Below are positions 37,801 to 64,000 of a stretch of 64,000 bases of DNA, piece after piece. Numbering within the stretch: position 1 is the stretch's first letter; the number at the start of each line of letters is the position of its first letter. A program made the position numbers and the translations under genes. Source of the DNA: Bugula neritina (Eukaryota > Animalia > Bryozoa); contig OZ037767.1 in NCBI GenBank assembly GCA_964035545.1, positions 5,720,707 through 5,784,706 of the forward strand, in the 5' to 3' direction. The notes beneath the pieces are model-generated. The model saw only the letters and a program-made list of their open reading frames with translations. It was not told where the DNA came from and ran no database searches.

Positions 37801-39377
37801 AAGTTATATCACAGAGAAACCCAAAATTTATTTATACTATAAAATACAAAAGGCAACACAGGGTTTAGTTGAAAGCATACCTCATCAAGTTACTAGCTAA
37901 TATGCTGATCTTAATAACCATTTAATCAATTTTATCTAAAAGACTGAAATGAAGTATTTTACATTGGTGTTTACTTTTTTTGTATGTGCAAACCATTCTT
38001 TACACCTGTTAAATAAATATATGCGGCATATATTATATCTCTTTGAGAGACTTAATATTTTGCTTTGATCAAATAATTTTAAATTCCTAAAATATGTGAT
38101 TATTTAATAGAAGTATTTATTAAAATGAAACACAATTGCATCATTTTACTTTAAAAATATACTGAGATTCCATATTTTATTAATGGCGACTGTAATTGAG
38201 GTATTTTATTTTCCGTTTAATGAACAGAACACTACCAAACTTAACCTAATCCATTACAACTTAATAAGCATTGACTTTGATTTTGACACTAAAAACTGCC
38301 GATTAATGCTTATAATATAAATATTTTCTATACTAGTTGCTAACAACTAGTAGAGTTACTGTCATTTCATACACAGCATGAATAATAAATTAATCCACAA
38401 ATATATTGATATTCATCAACTATGTGCTGCCATCTACTGATAACAATATTTAAACCAAAAAAGCAGCTATCCGTAACATCTACATATACCAATAAATGAA
38501 GAATAAGCATGTGGTAAAATGAAATGTGCAAGTTACTCATGAGCAGTACTGTATGACTCGCACATCAAATAATAAATAAATATAAAAAATGTATCTTAGT
38601 TAATTTATATTGATGTGTACGAAATGACTTGAAAAAGTGGATACAAAATGACTTGTGTACGAAATAACCTGCATCAAACTAGTATAGTTACTTGTAAATA
38701 TGATGGAATAACTGAAATTGTATTTTACTATCTAACTTATTACGAAATATATTTCGTTAATATTCCAAATTCAAATTTAGAAATGTGAGTTAATAATTAC
38801 TAAGCAATTAATTCCAACTAAAACTAATATAAATATCACCAGTGGCAGAATCACTAGCAGTATGAGTATGAATATTACATTTAGTTTTACTAGTATTACT
38901 ACTACTACTAGTACTACCAGTACTAACAGTGGGTATAATTACTGGTTTATAATATAAATACATTATTCAGTATTAGTATTACTATTAGCACGAGTACCAG
39001 CGAACACATCTAAGTTATTACTATCAGTCAATCATTGATAATTGATGTTTAACTTTAAGTTTATGCTGATCATCATTATGATAATCGGTGTGCATCTCTA
39101 TCAGAATTGGATTTAGTCATTTACATTGTCACAATGACAATTTTTATTTGTTACAACTCGTATAATTACATATACACAGATAACAATAACAAAACATTAA
39201 CAAAAAATATTAAACGGGCAAACTACTAAATAAAATTTGGTACTTGCATTTACCTGAGCTTTCCGTTTCTGAAGCTGAGGAGCGGTCAGAGTCTTCAATT
39301 TCACTTTCTTCATCGCAATTAGGACTTTCTTGATCAGCGCCTTCTTCTTCTGTGTCCATTCTTTCTTCAGCCGACAT
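34900..39377 (-). CDS. BRMS1L: BRMS1-like Sin3/HDAC complex subunit (Sds3 family), ~325 aa. Exons 39377-39254, 37765-37675, 37435-37273, 36513-36372, 36178-36080, 35836-35720, 35507-35390, 35023-34900
   Basis: Exons total 978 nt. Acidic N-terminus, coiled coil EYLQPIKQL...ELEEKIRRLEEDRHNVDI, ISGPVLIYMLEETDIIEDWTMIKKA, and C-terminal KLLIAQMQRGKYSIRH typical of BRMS1L. Confidence 0.92.
35837..36079 (-). other. U12-type (minor spliceosome) AT-AC intron in BRMS1L
   Basis: 5' site ATATCCTTT starting at 36079, branch site TTTCCTTGAC (35856-35847), 3' AC at 35838-35837; removal restores the conserved S-G-P-x-x-x-Y-M-L frame. Confidence 0.93.
36545..36712. repeat. 30-bp intronic minisatellite (ATCAACTCTAGTTAYATTTACTCTAGTACC), about 5.5 copies
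   Basis: Direct tandem units, each made of two ~15-bp subunits containing ACTCTAGT. Confidence 0.9.
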
Positions 39378-40803
39378 ACTGTAGACTAAGTTATATTACA
39401 AATTTATATATTCTGTGTATGTAGATTAATATGGTTGAGTTGATGAGTGCATACAATCAAATTTAGCTCAACTCTGAGTACTAGGTAAAACTAAAAGTTC
39501 TAAATTCGAGTGCGGCAAGCAAAAAGCTAAAGCGAAACCTCACAGCTTGAAACACGCAAGCGTCAACGTTATTTTTAATTCTATAGTCGCTTTTGATTAC
39601 GAATCTCTACGACTTTACTCCGTCATATTAAACGGTCAAAGATTACTAGATATTACCATAACGTTTCTTTTATATAGAGTAGGACAACTCTATTTAACCC
39701 TGTTGGAGCCCAGTGTAGCATATATCCTTTCGGAATAGAAAGTAGTATAACAGTGTAGTGCTTTGCCAGGTGAACATCTCTTTAACTTAAACCAGTGGCC
39801 ATCATTCACGGAAAAAACCTTTTCTACTGCAGAAACTATTGGTTTTCAATACAAGTTTATAGATATGCTAAAATGTTTAGTAAATCTTATGTTACCAACT
39901 AAATCATGATATCAAATTGCTTAAAGACAGCCAGATAGCTAACACACTTGATTCAAGACATAAAATTAGGAGTTATCTATCAAAATTCATATATGGGAAC
40001 TTCACTATAATGTAAAATTTCTACACAGGAGAACAAAAGAGCATAATTTTTTACATATTATATAAGGATATACAAGCTATAATGGATTATGCTTGGTTTA
40101 TTTTTATATTTAATGCTCATTGTGTTATTGGAAAACATCAACAATTTCATTTGTTTGATTGTTATAGATACTATCCTTATCTTCTCTCTGCTATACAACA
40201 CCTATTTGTAGGAGTTTGGAAATACCATACACTAAATTTAAAGACAATATATTCAATTTCAGTAATGCTACAATATATACTTCATGTACGGTATTTCATA
40301 TTATTTATACTGCGCAGATCAGTTAGAAAGACAACTCCAAATCAATTTTCATCATATTATTATTATGGACCAATATAACATCAAGGATAACTCCACACGC
40401 TGGATGAAATCATCTACAATTTACACACATCAGCAAACAAAAAATAAACAAAAGTCAAAGCAAAGTGGGAAATTTCATATGGTTTTATAAAATCTATTGT
40501 TATTTCACTAAATAAAATGATACATTATTATGTTTATATGAAATAAGCATACAAAATAGTAATAGTGATAACTCCTGTAGTATAGTTATATGGTACAGAA
40601 CTAACTTCTACATATTATATATTAATTATGGTATGTACAAGTTTTGTGTCAAGGTGAACTTAAAATTAAGCAAAACGAAGAAATGTAATAGAAAAATATA
40701 CATTCTAAAATTTTACAAAAATATATAACACAGCAACTACATTATTTACAATAAAGTGACGCTGGATGTTGATTTCACAATATTTGTTACATAAAAAGGA
40801 CTA

Positions 40804-41673
40804 CTAGTTGGTTAATTTAGATAGCTCTCTTTCTAGTTTCATTTGAGCATCACTGGGTAGAGACGCACCAATGCTTTGGTACAGCGACTTTAGCAACTTC
40901 ATTTCTTTTATAACCACATCTAGTCTGTTTTGCAGTTTAGAGTTCTCATCTGTTAGTTCTTGCACCCTCACTTCATTTTCAATCTCCCTTTGCTTCTTCT
41001 TTTCGCGACTTCGACGAACAGCAATATTGTTACGCTCCCTTTTGGCTCGATAGGTTTCTGAATTCTTATCCATGCGTTTAAGATTGTGCATGTCGGAAGC
41101 GTAACCACCTACGTACCCGCTCATATCCAAGTTGGTGTCTGCATAGCGGCCAAACACGGTGTTCAAATATGGGTGAACGGGGGAACAGCTGTTAGATCGA
41201 GAATGAGGCGACATAGCTGCCGGATTTCTCGGACTGACTGGGCTGATTTGACTGTGGGGAGAATATGGAGAATGCGGGGCAGACGGTTGCATTTGCCTGT
41301 GAGGTGACATAGGAGAAGCTGAGGACCGTTGCATACCGTTGTTGCTGTAGTTGAACACAGTATTGTTGGCGTGGTACGGGGATGGATGTGGACTGGCACT
41401 CGACGCCCTGTACTGCTGCTCCATCTCCTGACAGCTTCTTGGTTCAAATTTTACAGCAGATCTTGTCAAATCTAAGACACCTGGTCTACGAGAATTGCCA
41501 TTAAATGTGGGCACTTGATGATCAGCTTGGGACTGGAGAATAGCCTCAATGTCACCATTTTCCTCTCCTTTCCATCCCGTCAGAAGTGTTGCTACAGATG
41601 AGTCATCTGCTAGCATTTGACCTTTTAGCTGTTGGTTGTCGTTGTCATAGAATGGCATCTCGTAGCTCATCAT
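40804..41673 (-). CDS. CCAAT/enhancer-binding protein (C/EBP family bZIP transcription factor), single coding exon, 289 aa
   Basis: Basic region DKNSETYRAKRERNNIAVRRSREKKK followed by a leucine zipper (VQELTDENSKLQNRLDVVIKEMKLLKSLY); first ATG at 41673 (the ORF track starts at an upstream GTG). Confidence 0.95.
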   Translation of the reverse strand: MMSYEMPFYDNDNQQLKGQMLADDSSVATLLTGWKGEENGDIEAILQSQADHQVPTFNGNSRRPGVLDLTRSAVKFEPRSCQEMEQQYRASSASPHPSPYHANNTVFNYSNNGMQRSSASPMSPHRQMQPSAPHSPYSPHSQISPVSPRNPAAMSPHSRSNSCSPVHPYLNTVFGRYADTNLDMSGYVGGYASDMHNLKRMDKNSETYRAKRERNNIAVRRSREKKKQREIENEVRVQELTDENSKLQNRLDVVIKEMKLLKSLYQSIGASLPSDAQMKLERELSKLTN

Positions 41674-43828
41674 CACACTACCTAGTACCAGCAGGTGCTT
41701 GCTTTTATTTCACACTGCAATTCACAAAAAATATCTTACACTTATACTAAAAATATATGTAGCATCATGAATATGTGTTCAACCTACTTGAGATATTTTT
41801 TAAAAAAGCAATGTTTAAAATATTAGATAAAGTTGATGGACGAACAACAGCTTAAATTAGACCCAAACTAAACCTTTTGAACAATAATGACATTAATAGA
41901 TAATTGAGTAAAATATAGCAAATTATGCTAATTTCAGAAATAATTTCAATACGCAGGTTAATATTATGTGCGATGCTGATTCAGCAATCAAAACTCCCAG
42001 TATAAAAGTATTAGGGCATGCTAAAACATGTGTACAACATTTGGAGTTTACTTTATGTTGATTTAAACTTGAACAGCAATATGAAATGAACAGCCTAATC
42101 ATGATAAATAATTCTTATAGAGAGGCGAGTATTAAACCTTTTCTGTAGAAATCTCTGCAATTGCTCCATAGTTGAGCTTAATCTCATTTTACATACTTAT
42201 CTATTTAACTTAAAGTAATAGTAATAGTAATACTATTAGAATTAGCTACTGCTAGCGTTACTACTATTAGTATTTAGACATTTTTTCAAAATAAAACGTC
42301 AATAAAACTGAAGTTGAATAGTAAAATAAATCAACTAAACAAATAAATTTAACACATTTACAATTTGACTATTTCAGGTTTACTTTTCATTTATCTTCAC
42401 GTTTAACAGTAACAGCATTGCCATCAGTATGAATATTGAATATGGGAATTATCATTAAAATCATCATCAAGATGAGCACATAATAATAATAATTCTTATA
42501 GCTAGACTCAAAGTATAAGTATAGGACTACGTATTGCATTTAATTTTAGTCATTCTATGAATTTGAAACAAAACTGAAAGTGCCAATAATCATAATGAAT
42601 AACTTGAATAACAGCAACTACAAGAATATAATTAGATATATTTATAATTCTAAATGGCAATCTTCACTTCTGCGTACAGTTACACACTATTTTGTACGTA
42701 ATAATTTACCTACCTTGCAAGCGAAGGAAATTTAATTTAGTGAATGAGTTCGCTTAAAAAGATGTATAGTTATAGTTTTTCAAACGTATGAATCACTGAC
42801 CCTTACAACGCGACAAGCTACTAGCAACTGTTGGGGAAGCCCTCTTGGCATGCCTATTTCAACATAGGAAAAACCCTTGTATCAATTCGCAAGAACTCAG
42901 TATGTTGTATTTTAAAATCAGAAAAATTTATTGCAGACTAATATTGTTTTTACAAAATTCTATTTAATAAAGTTATGTTTAAATTTATTTTTATTTATTA
43001 TGTTAAACATTTGTTTGCAAATGATCCTTCTATTTTCTACGCGGAGTATTTACCTTTCATTGGTCACGTATGCTCGAAGCTAAAAATAGAATTGCGTAAT
43101 TATCTATATTTATTCGCCGCACGACTTTTGCACGAAAATTAGTATTATTAGGAGGACAACTCCTAAAATATCCTCCATGCTAAGTCCGGGCAATACACTA
43201 AGCTTGTGTGACCACTTGCATAAATCTATAGACATGATAATATGAATTTTCTAGTTTTTATTTATATCTTTTGTAACTTTTGGTTGAAGTGTGAATACTT
43301 TTCTGTAGTTTAGCATTTGCATATATAGATGCTGTATACAATATGTCAGCCATTATTTATTCATGCACAAGGTCATCTACTTATTGTTTGAAACATTTCA
43401 CGTACACAAAGCATTTTTTCATTGAATTTGGTATCAAAAAATTACAGTTAAATTGAAATAGTATTGAATTACCATTTTTGTATTATAAAATATGTATGAA
43501 TTGAAGAGTTTTTTTCACACAATCTACAACGCTCTACATTGCTTTAATGAAGAAACACGCAAAGTAAAAACATATATTAATGTGATAGGTTGCAAAAGTT
43601 CAAGTGAAATATGTATTTTATTTTATATGATTGTAGAGTCTTACATGTCTAAACAGTAAAACATTAATAAGCTAGATAGGCCATTTAACATATTATACTG
43701 CAACTATAACTTTATTTACCTTTTTTGCTGCATATTATACGTCATTCTACATTTCTATGAGACAAGAAAAAGCTTTGTATAGTACACACTTTAAAGTAAT
43801 ACATAAACAGTATGATTATGTTGTAAAG

Positions 43829-58043
<14,215 letters not shown>

Positions 58044-58827
58044 TTCTTCTCTGTGATTTTTTCCCTGCTTATCATGGCTCTACTCACAGTGAGTGAGTTA
58101 GCGAGTCAGAGTGAGTGAATCAGAATCATTAAATTAGTGAGTCTCAGTGAATGAGTCACAATTATTTAATCAGTGAGTCAGAATCAATGAGCCAGTAGAT
58201 ATAATATGTGACACTTTATACACAAAAATGTCTGAATACACTTAAAATAGATTTAAATTGTTGTCAGCTATTAGAATGTTTCATTACTCAAAACAATTAG
58301 TTCAACAATGAAAATTATTATGTAAATTGCTACAACCTTACTCTATTTAAAACAGCAGTGTATATATAATAAGAAAAGTTCATAGTAAAAAATATTTCAC
58401 TTTTCAGAGGTTTCCAGAATTTATTAGATGTTACATTTTTAAACTTTATAACGAAATTTACATAAATAATAACTCTTCATCTTCAAATACAGACGCCACT
58501 TAAGTGTGCAAGCACAAACACATCAAGGAGCCACACAATGGCTTGTCATTGTTTTACTCTTATACAATTATTTTTAAATAAAAAAAAGAAACATGTCTAA
58601 AATAATAATTCCGCATCACAATGTTCCTACTTTTGCACAATAATCAGTTTCCTCAAGTTTATAATAATTTTTCTTATAAAACATAAAGCAATAGCATTAA
58701 AAGTATGTAAAATATCACAAAATTTAACTGTCTTAACACTGCTATTGATAAATATAAAAAAACAGAAAGTATAATACAAATAGATTAATGTTGATGAATA
58801 ACAAAAGTTGGCAACATGTGCAGTCAG

Positions 58828-61800
58828 TTAAAGAGCTATATTGGCCTTCAAATCCATCTCAAACTTTTCTATTTTGCCTTCTATATCATCTTCAACGCTG
58901 TTCCTGTTTATTTGTCTAAAATAAACAGTGATACTCAGCACCCTTCTACTTGAACCATACATAAGCTCAGAAAGAGTCAACAGACCTTAATATCAACTGG
59001 CAACTTTGCCATGAAAATCATGTCACATTATTTTGCAAACTCTCAATACTAAGTAGCGTAAAACGGGGCCATGATCATAAGGTTTTTCGAAAAGCAACAA
59101 AAAGTTTCACCCATACTTGCTTATATAAGTCAGCACGGTGTAGTATCTTGTGTATTGCATAGTAGTGTGTGTTGTGCAATAATTTGTGTATAATGTAAAT
59201 GTTGTGAATGGTGTAGCAGTTTGTGTATTGTGTAGTGGTCTACGTGGTAAATCAGTTTGTGAATTGCGTAGTAATTTGTGTATTGCGTATTAGTTTGTGC
59301 GTGCTGGTAAATCAATTTGTGAATGGCGTAGTAGTTAAATGTCTGCTACTACTTGAGCTTCCATAGTAGTGAGGGGCACACTATATTATAAATTAGTAAT
59401 GTTAACATAGATAAACGGTTTACTATAAAGATATAAAAAATAAAGCATACATTTATAAACACTTATTTACTATATGACATTTTTGAAACATGGCTTTATA
59501 CCCCCTTTAATAGAATTTTTACTTCTAAAGATATTGTCACTGAGTAAAATCTATGCTGCAGAAATTTATCCAGTACCCATGCTACATTTTATTCCTAATT
59601 ATGTTACTATACACTCTTATTTTACTTTAGTTGTCAAACTTTGTGTTTATAAATAAAATGAATATAGAAAACTATATTTGGGTGCCAAATGTTTTGAAGT
59701 TAGAATATTTTGCACGCTCATTAATCTCAAGCCTTAAAATATTACAATTTTTGTAATTAGGAGTTATCTCTCATGCATGAATTTGCTTATACTCACTTCT
59801 CAGTCATAAGCACATTGGCTTCAGCAATGTTCTCAGGTAGTTTCTGATTATTAGTATCTGGTAGAAGGTAGGCTAGAATTACGCCCACCAACATAGTTGA
59901 GCCAAATATGAGAGCCCCCAGATAGGGTCCAAAAATTGTTCGTACATATTGATACTAGAAATAAGGTATTAAAGGCCATAAATATTGCATACATATAAAT
60001 GTGTTAGACAGTTATTTTTTAAGCAGATAAATTTAAATTAAAAACCCTTCTTACTAGCAAGCTAAAAAGTTTTGATATATTTTTCTACAAAATTATATAG
60101 GCTACCAAATTATATACATTTAGACATAGAAATAGTCATCTTTTGAGCCTTTACATAGAGGCTACACTCTTTAACTTGATTAGAGAATTACTCAATTAGG
60201 CAATTGAACACATTGCAGCTGTAACAAATCTTTGTCTTTCGAATCACATGCTAATAGTTCATTTCTATAGTTTTAAAAGAATATATCAATTTTATTTAGT
60301 AGAACAGTGTCCTGTTGTAGACTTTGCTCATTTTGTTTACCGAAGTTATATTAGTAAAATAAAAATCTTATCATTCAATAAAATGATTTAGACATTCAGA
60401 AAGCTGCATTTGAAATATACTGAAAATACAGTGATTAATTTGACATTCTGAAATATGTGAAAAGACTGACATCACTTGTTGAAAGTATTTTATCTTACCA
60501 AATCAACAATAATAGGAGATAAGAAAATACCAATCCTAGCAAACATGGAGCATAGTCCGACCAAAGTCGTCCTTAATGTTGTAGGAAAAACTTCAATACT
60601 CCAAAAGTAGTTAAATGACATCACTAAAGTAATGGCCAGCTTTCCACTCATGTTTATAACAACAAGAGCATATGCATAGCCTAAAATTGATAACAGTGAA
60701 ATGTGAGTTTTGAAATGTGAAAAAGAATAAAATGGTGCAGTTAGCTTTACCTGAAAAATTCACCCATCCATGTTGTTGGTTGCACATTCGAAAATTCACA
60801 CGTAACAACACCTTTATTTACTTATATCTAAAAAGAACTTATCTTTTTTTAAACCATTACTTTACAAATTGTCTTAAAATAGACAGTAGACTTTTACTCT
60901 TTACAACACCAAAGCAAATCAAGGATAGTGTTTACTTTTTAATCAAATCTCTATGGGCAAATGCTAAACAGATCTGAGTAGAAATACTTTGGTTTATAAT
61001 TTGACATTAGGTTATTTCAGATTTTGTCTCAGGAAAAGAGCAAAAGTAGGAAAATTTGTAATAAAATGTGATATTATATATGCAATGACAAGGGCAAAAA
61101 CCTGAAAACATGAAAGCATAAGGAGCTATCAGCCAAAGATCTGTGAGATATTTCACAGTATAAGGTTATTATGTAATAGTAGAAGATAAATGCTTCTTGC
61201 AACCAACTTTCTAAATGCAGCCTACACTCTGTCTTGTTGCCAGATCCAGTGACCCTCTCATAGTAGAGACACTTTTAGCTGCAGTCAAGTTGTGTTAGTA
61301 TATGTAATGGTAAGATTACTCAGTGGTCCATGTGGTGTAATGGTTAGCGTACCTGCTTGCAGGCCCGAGATCTAGGGTTCGAATCCCAGTGGGGGAAAAG
61401 TTTTAGAATATAATAACTTGTAACTTGTAACTTAGAGGTTGAGGGGCAATTAAGATGAGTTATGGAGTAATTTAAATTCAGCTTTTATTAGAGGGAAAGA
61501 ATAATCCAGTAATTGCATTGATTTTATAATGATAAACATTATTACATAACTCAATGACTAAGTAAATAAGAAACAACTTGCAGCAAATGATGGTTACTAT
61601 TCTGAATATATCATCTCACCTGAGAAGCTCCAATATGCGTATAACAATCCATTGGTTATTAAAGCAGCTCCTCCAAGTAGTAAACATAACATGAAAGAAG
61701 GTTTCCTTCCAACCTTTGCTGAAATTACGATGATTAGAAATTGTGGAAGTTCCGCCGCCCCTGATATGATGTTATTGATGAAGACACTTCCAGTCAAGTT

Positions 61801-63259
61801 TCCCACATTATAGCTCAGACCAAAATATCCCAGTCCACCAATGAACCTAAAACGAGTAACCATGTCTAAGAATATTATATTGCAAGGAAAATAGTATATT
61901 TACAGTACATACATAAAATAAATTCTAAAACTCTCATCTTTTTATACTTTATCAAGTGAAAATGTGTACAAAAATTATGTTAGGATTAATGTTTTCATAG
62001 TATACAGTGAAACTGTACATTGCTTACTAATCATTATCCTCCCTTTATATGTTGTACTTTTAATTCAATTTTATCTTTTTATATGTCAAAGAGCAATGAA
62101 CAAAAACCTGGTAACACAGGAATATAACAAAAATATATTGTGCTTGCTTTTAATCCCCTCTTGACCTCTATGAAAACTTGAGATCTGTAGAATTTTGTTC
62201 TAGTTTAACTCCTGCTGATAGCAGATCTCAAGGGTTTTAAAGTCAAATAGTAAAAGCTTTACCCAGATTCTCTTCCTATATTGCTGACATGAATTTGATC
62301 CATTAGCTTACCAAAACTATATATAGGTCAGACAATTAGTCAAGTGTCTATATTTACTAGATTATGGTTTGCATAATGTATTATATTCAATGCAGCTTTG
62401 AGCTAATGACACTAAGAAAGAAGTGGCTAGAGTATGAGCAATTTTTCCTGCTGGTTTACTTACCAAAAGTAAAAGAATATGGCTGCCCGTTTCATCAAAA
62501 CTGGAGCCTTCAAAATGTTTCTCATTTTCTCAGTTGCATGAGTTTTTGATTCCTCTTTCAGCTCATCAAACAACTCGGTATTAAATTCTCTATTATTTAT
62601 TTTAGAAATTTTTTGAAATAGAACTTTTGCTTCTTTTACTTGCCCTTTTGTTATTAGGTAATGAGGCGTTTCATTTAAAAATCTACAACATAAATAAATT
62701 GTACTCAAACAAGCAATTAATTGACATCATTAAGGCAGTCACATAATGTAAGAAACAGCAGTTTTAGCAGAGATGTGGCAGCTGAAAATTTTAAAAACAG
62801 CTGACTTTAAAACAAGAGCTTTTAAAAACAATTACTTTTGACTGCTAAAAACATATATTTGAGTAACAGTGTCAAAAATAAATAGACAGCGATGAAATAA
62901 TAATTATATAGGTCATTGAAAATAAATGAAAGCTTAAAATTTGATCAAAACTAAAAAAAATAAACGATAAAATGAAACAAAGAAAAAAAATCTGATGCAT
63001 GTTTTAAAAAAATTACACGAAACTTTATTGGTGAAATTGAAACAAAAATGCTGACAGTTTATTGTTCTAAAGTATGTAAAATCTTACAGAATCTCAACAA
63101 CCCCTATGACCATTGGTGGGATAGAAGTTGAGAACTGGAACCAGTTCCAATCTTGGAGGTAGAAGGCAAAAAGTGAAGTGAACATGATACCACAGGACCA
63201 CAATGTACCTCGGAAAGCAACAGAGTATGTTCTGGCTGTTGGACCTACAATTTCCATAC
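58828..63259 (-). CDS. SLC22-family organic cation/anion MFS transporter, 3' part. Exons 63259-63088, 62682-62464, 61846-61620, 60680-60499, 59954-59797, 58915-58828; 5' exons beyond the window
   Basis: Motifs MEIVGPTAR, ETPHYLITKG, YFGLSYNVGNL, ELP...KVGRK, EVFPTTLRTT...SMFARIG, LLPDTNNQKLPENI; phases consistent. Confidence 0.92.
59135..59335. repeat. Degenerate ~18-bp tandem repeat (GTAGTAATTTGTGTATTGC-like) in the last SLC22 intron
   Basis: Recurring TTTGTG(T/A)ATTG and GTAGT motifs. Confidence 0.6.
61325..61433 (+). mobile_element. tRNA-derived SINE-like element or tRNA pseudogene in an SLC22 intron (antisense to the gene)
   Basis: Pol III A box TGGTGTAATGG and B box GGTTCGAATCC at tRNA spacing; poorly paired acceptor and anticodon stems; short (TAACTTG)x3 tail. 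Confidence 0.65.
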
Positions 63260-64000
63260 CTACAAGAAATAGTGGAAAATAAAATTTAAGTGGATATAAA
63301 TTTTACCATAATAGATACAACTAGCTTCCAGAGATCAATATATACAAATCTAAATTATGTTAATGTCTGAGCCAATATATACACATATGGTAGAATTTAG
63401 GTAATGTAACAGCAATGATATCTACAATTTAGATAGGTACCCAGGAAGCTTAATAAAAGCAACATAGCTTGAGATATTCATAGCTCATCCTACTATAATT
63501 AATAAGTTGTTTCTACTTTTTACTCTGTTTTACTGAAATGCTATTATTTTGATATCTTTAATTTCTCAAAATCCTATATAAGTAATATCAGCTACGATCA
63601 ATTCAACAGAATGGCTACAGCCATTGTTCTAATTGTTCGTAATTGGTTTTATATCACAACTTAGTAAATACATGACGTTATGAGCCCATTTTTTAGACTA
63701 CACCAGCATCTAATCACTAGTCAGGACAACTGGGATTCTCAATGAAATATGCAACAAAAGAATCTACAGTTTGTTACCTATAACATGATGTTCAACTGTA
63801 GAAAGACGACCTATTATGTATTTACAGATCTTGATTTCATATGCTGCTAGAAACATTGTTGGCTAACTTAAATTGGTCTAAGATTTGGAAAAACCATTTA
63901 ACAAATAAACCACAATTTATGAATACAACTGCAAATAACATTATTTTCATAAATAAAAATTATAAAGTTTACTGAATGGCAAAGAGTTTACAGAATCTTA

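Noticed and set aside
61325-61396. Functional tRNA-Ala(TGC) gene
   Set aside because: The acceptor and anticodon stems do not pair properly; treated as SINE-like or a pseudogene.

Overview
AT-rich, intron-rich animal (probably invertebrate) nuclear DNA; not prokaryotic. I reconstructed exons by hand from GT-AG signals and phase continuity. From left to right the window contains: (1) a ~14-kb tandem duplication with two copies of a His-rich polytopic membrane protein gene (3' part of copy 1 at 858-3994; complete copy 2 at 11374-17949), plus an orphan duplicate of the first two coding exons of the next gene; (2) a cluster of non-autonomous DNA transposons between the copies; (3) an N-acetylneuraminate lyase/DHDPS-family aldolase with a mitochondrial-presequence-like first exon and altered sugar-binding motifs; (4) a ZU5/UPA/death-domain DTHD1-like gene with a ~530-aa low-complexity tail; (5) BRMS1L with a U12-type AT-AC intron; (6) a C/EBP bZIP gene; (7) a single-LamG type I membrane protein gene spread over 14 kb; (8) the 3' part of an SLC22-type transporter. 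Microsatellites, minisatellites and a tRNA-derived SINE-like element are also present. Family assignments come from remembered motifs, not database searches.
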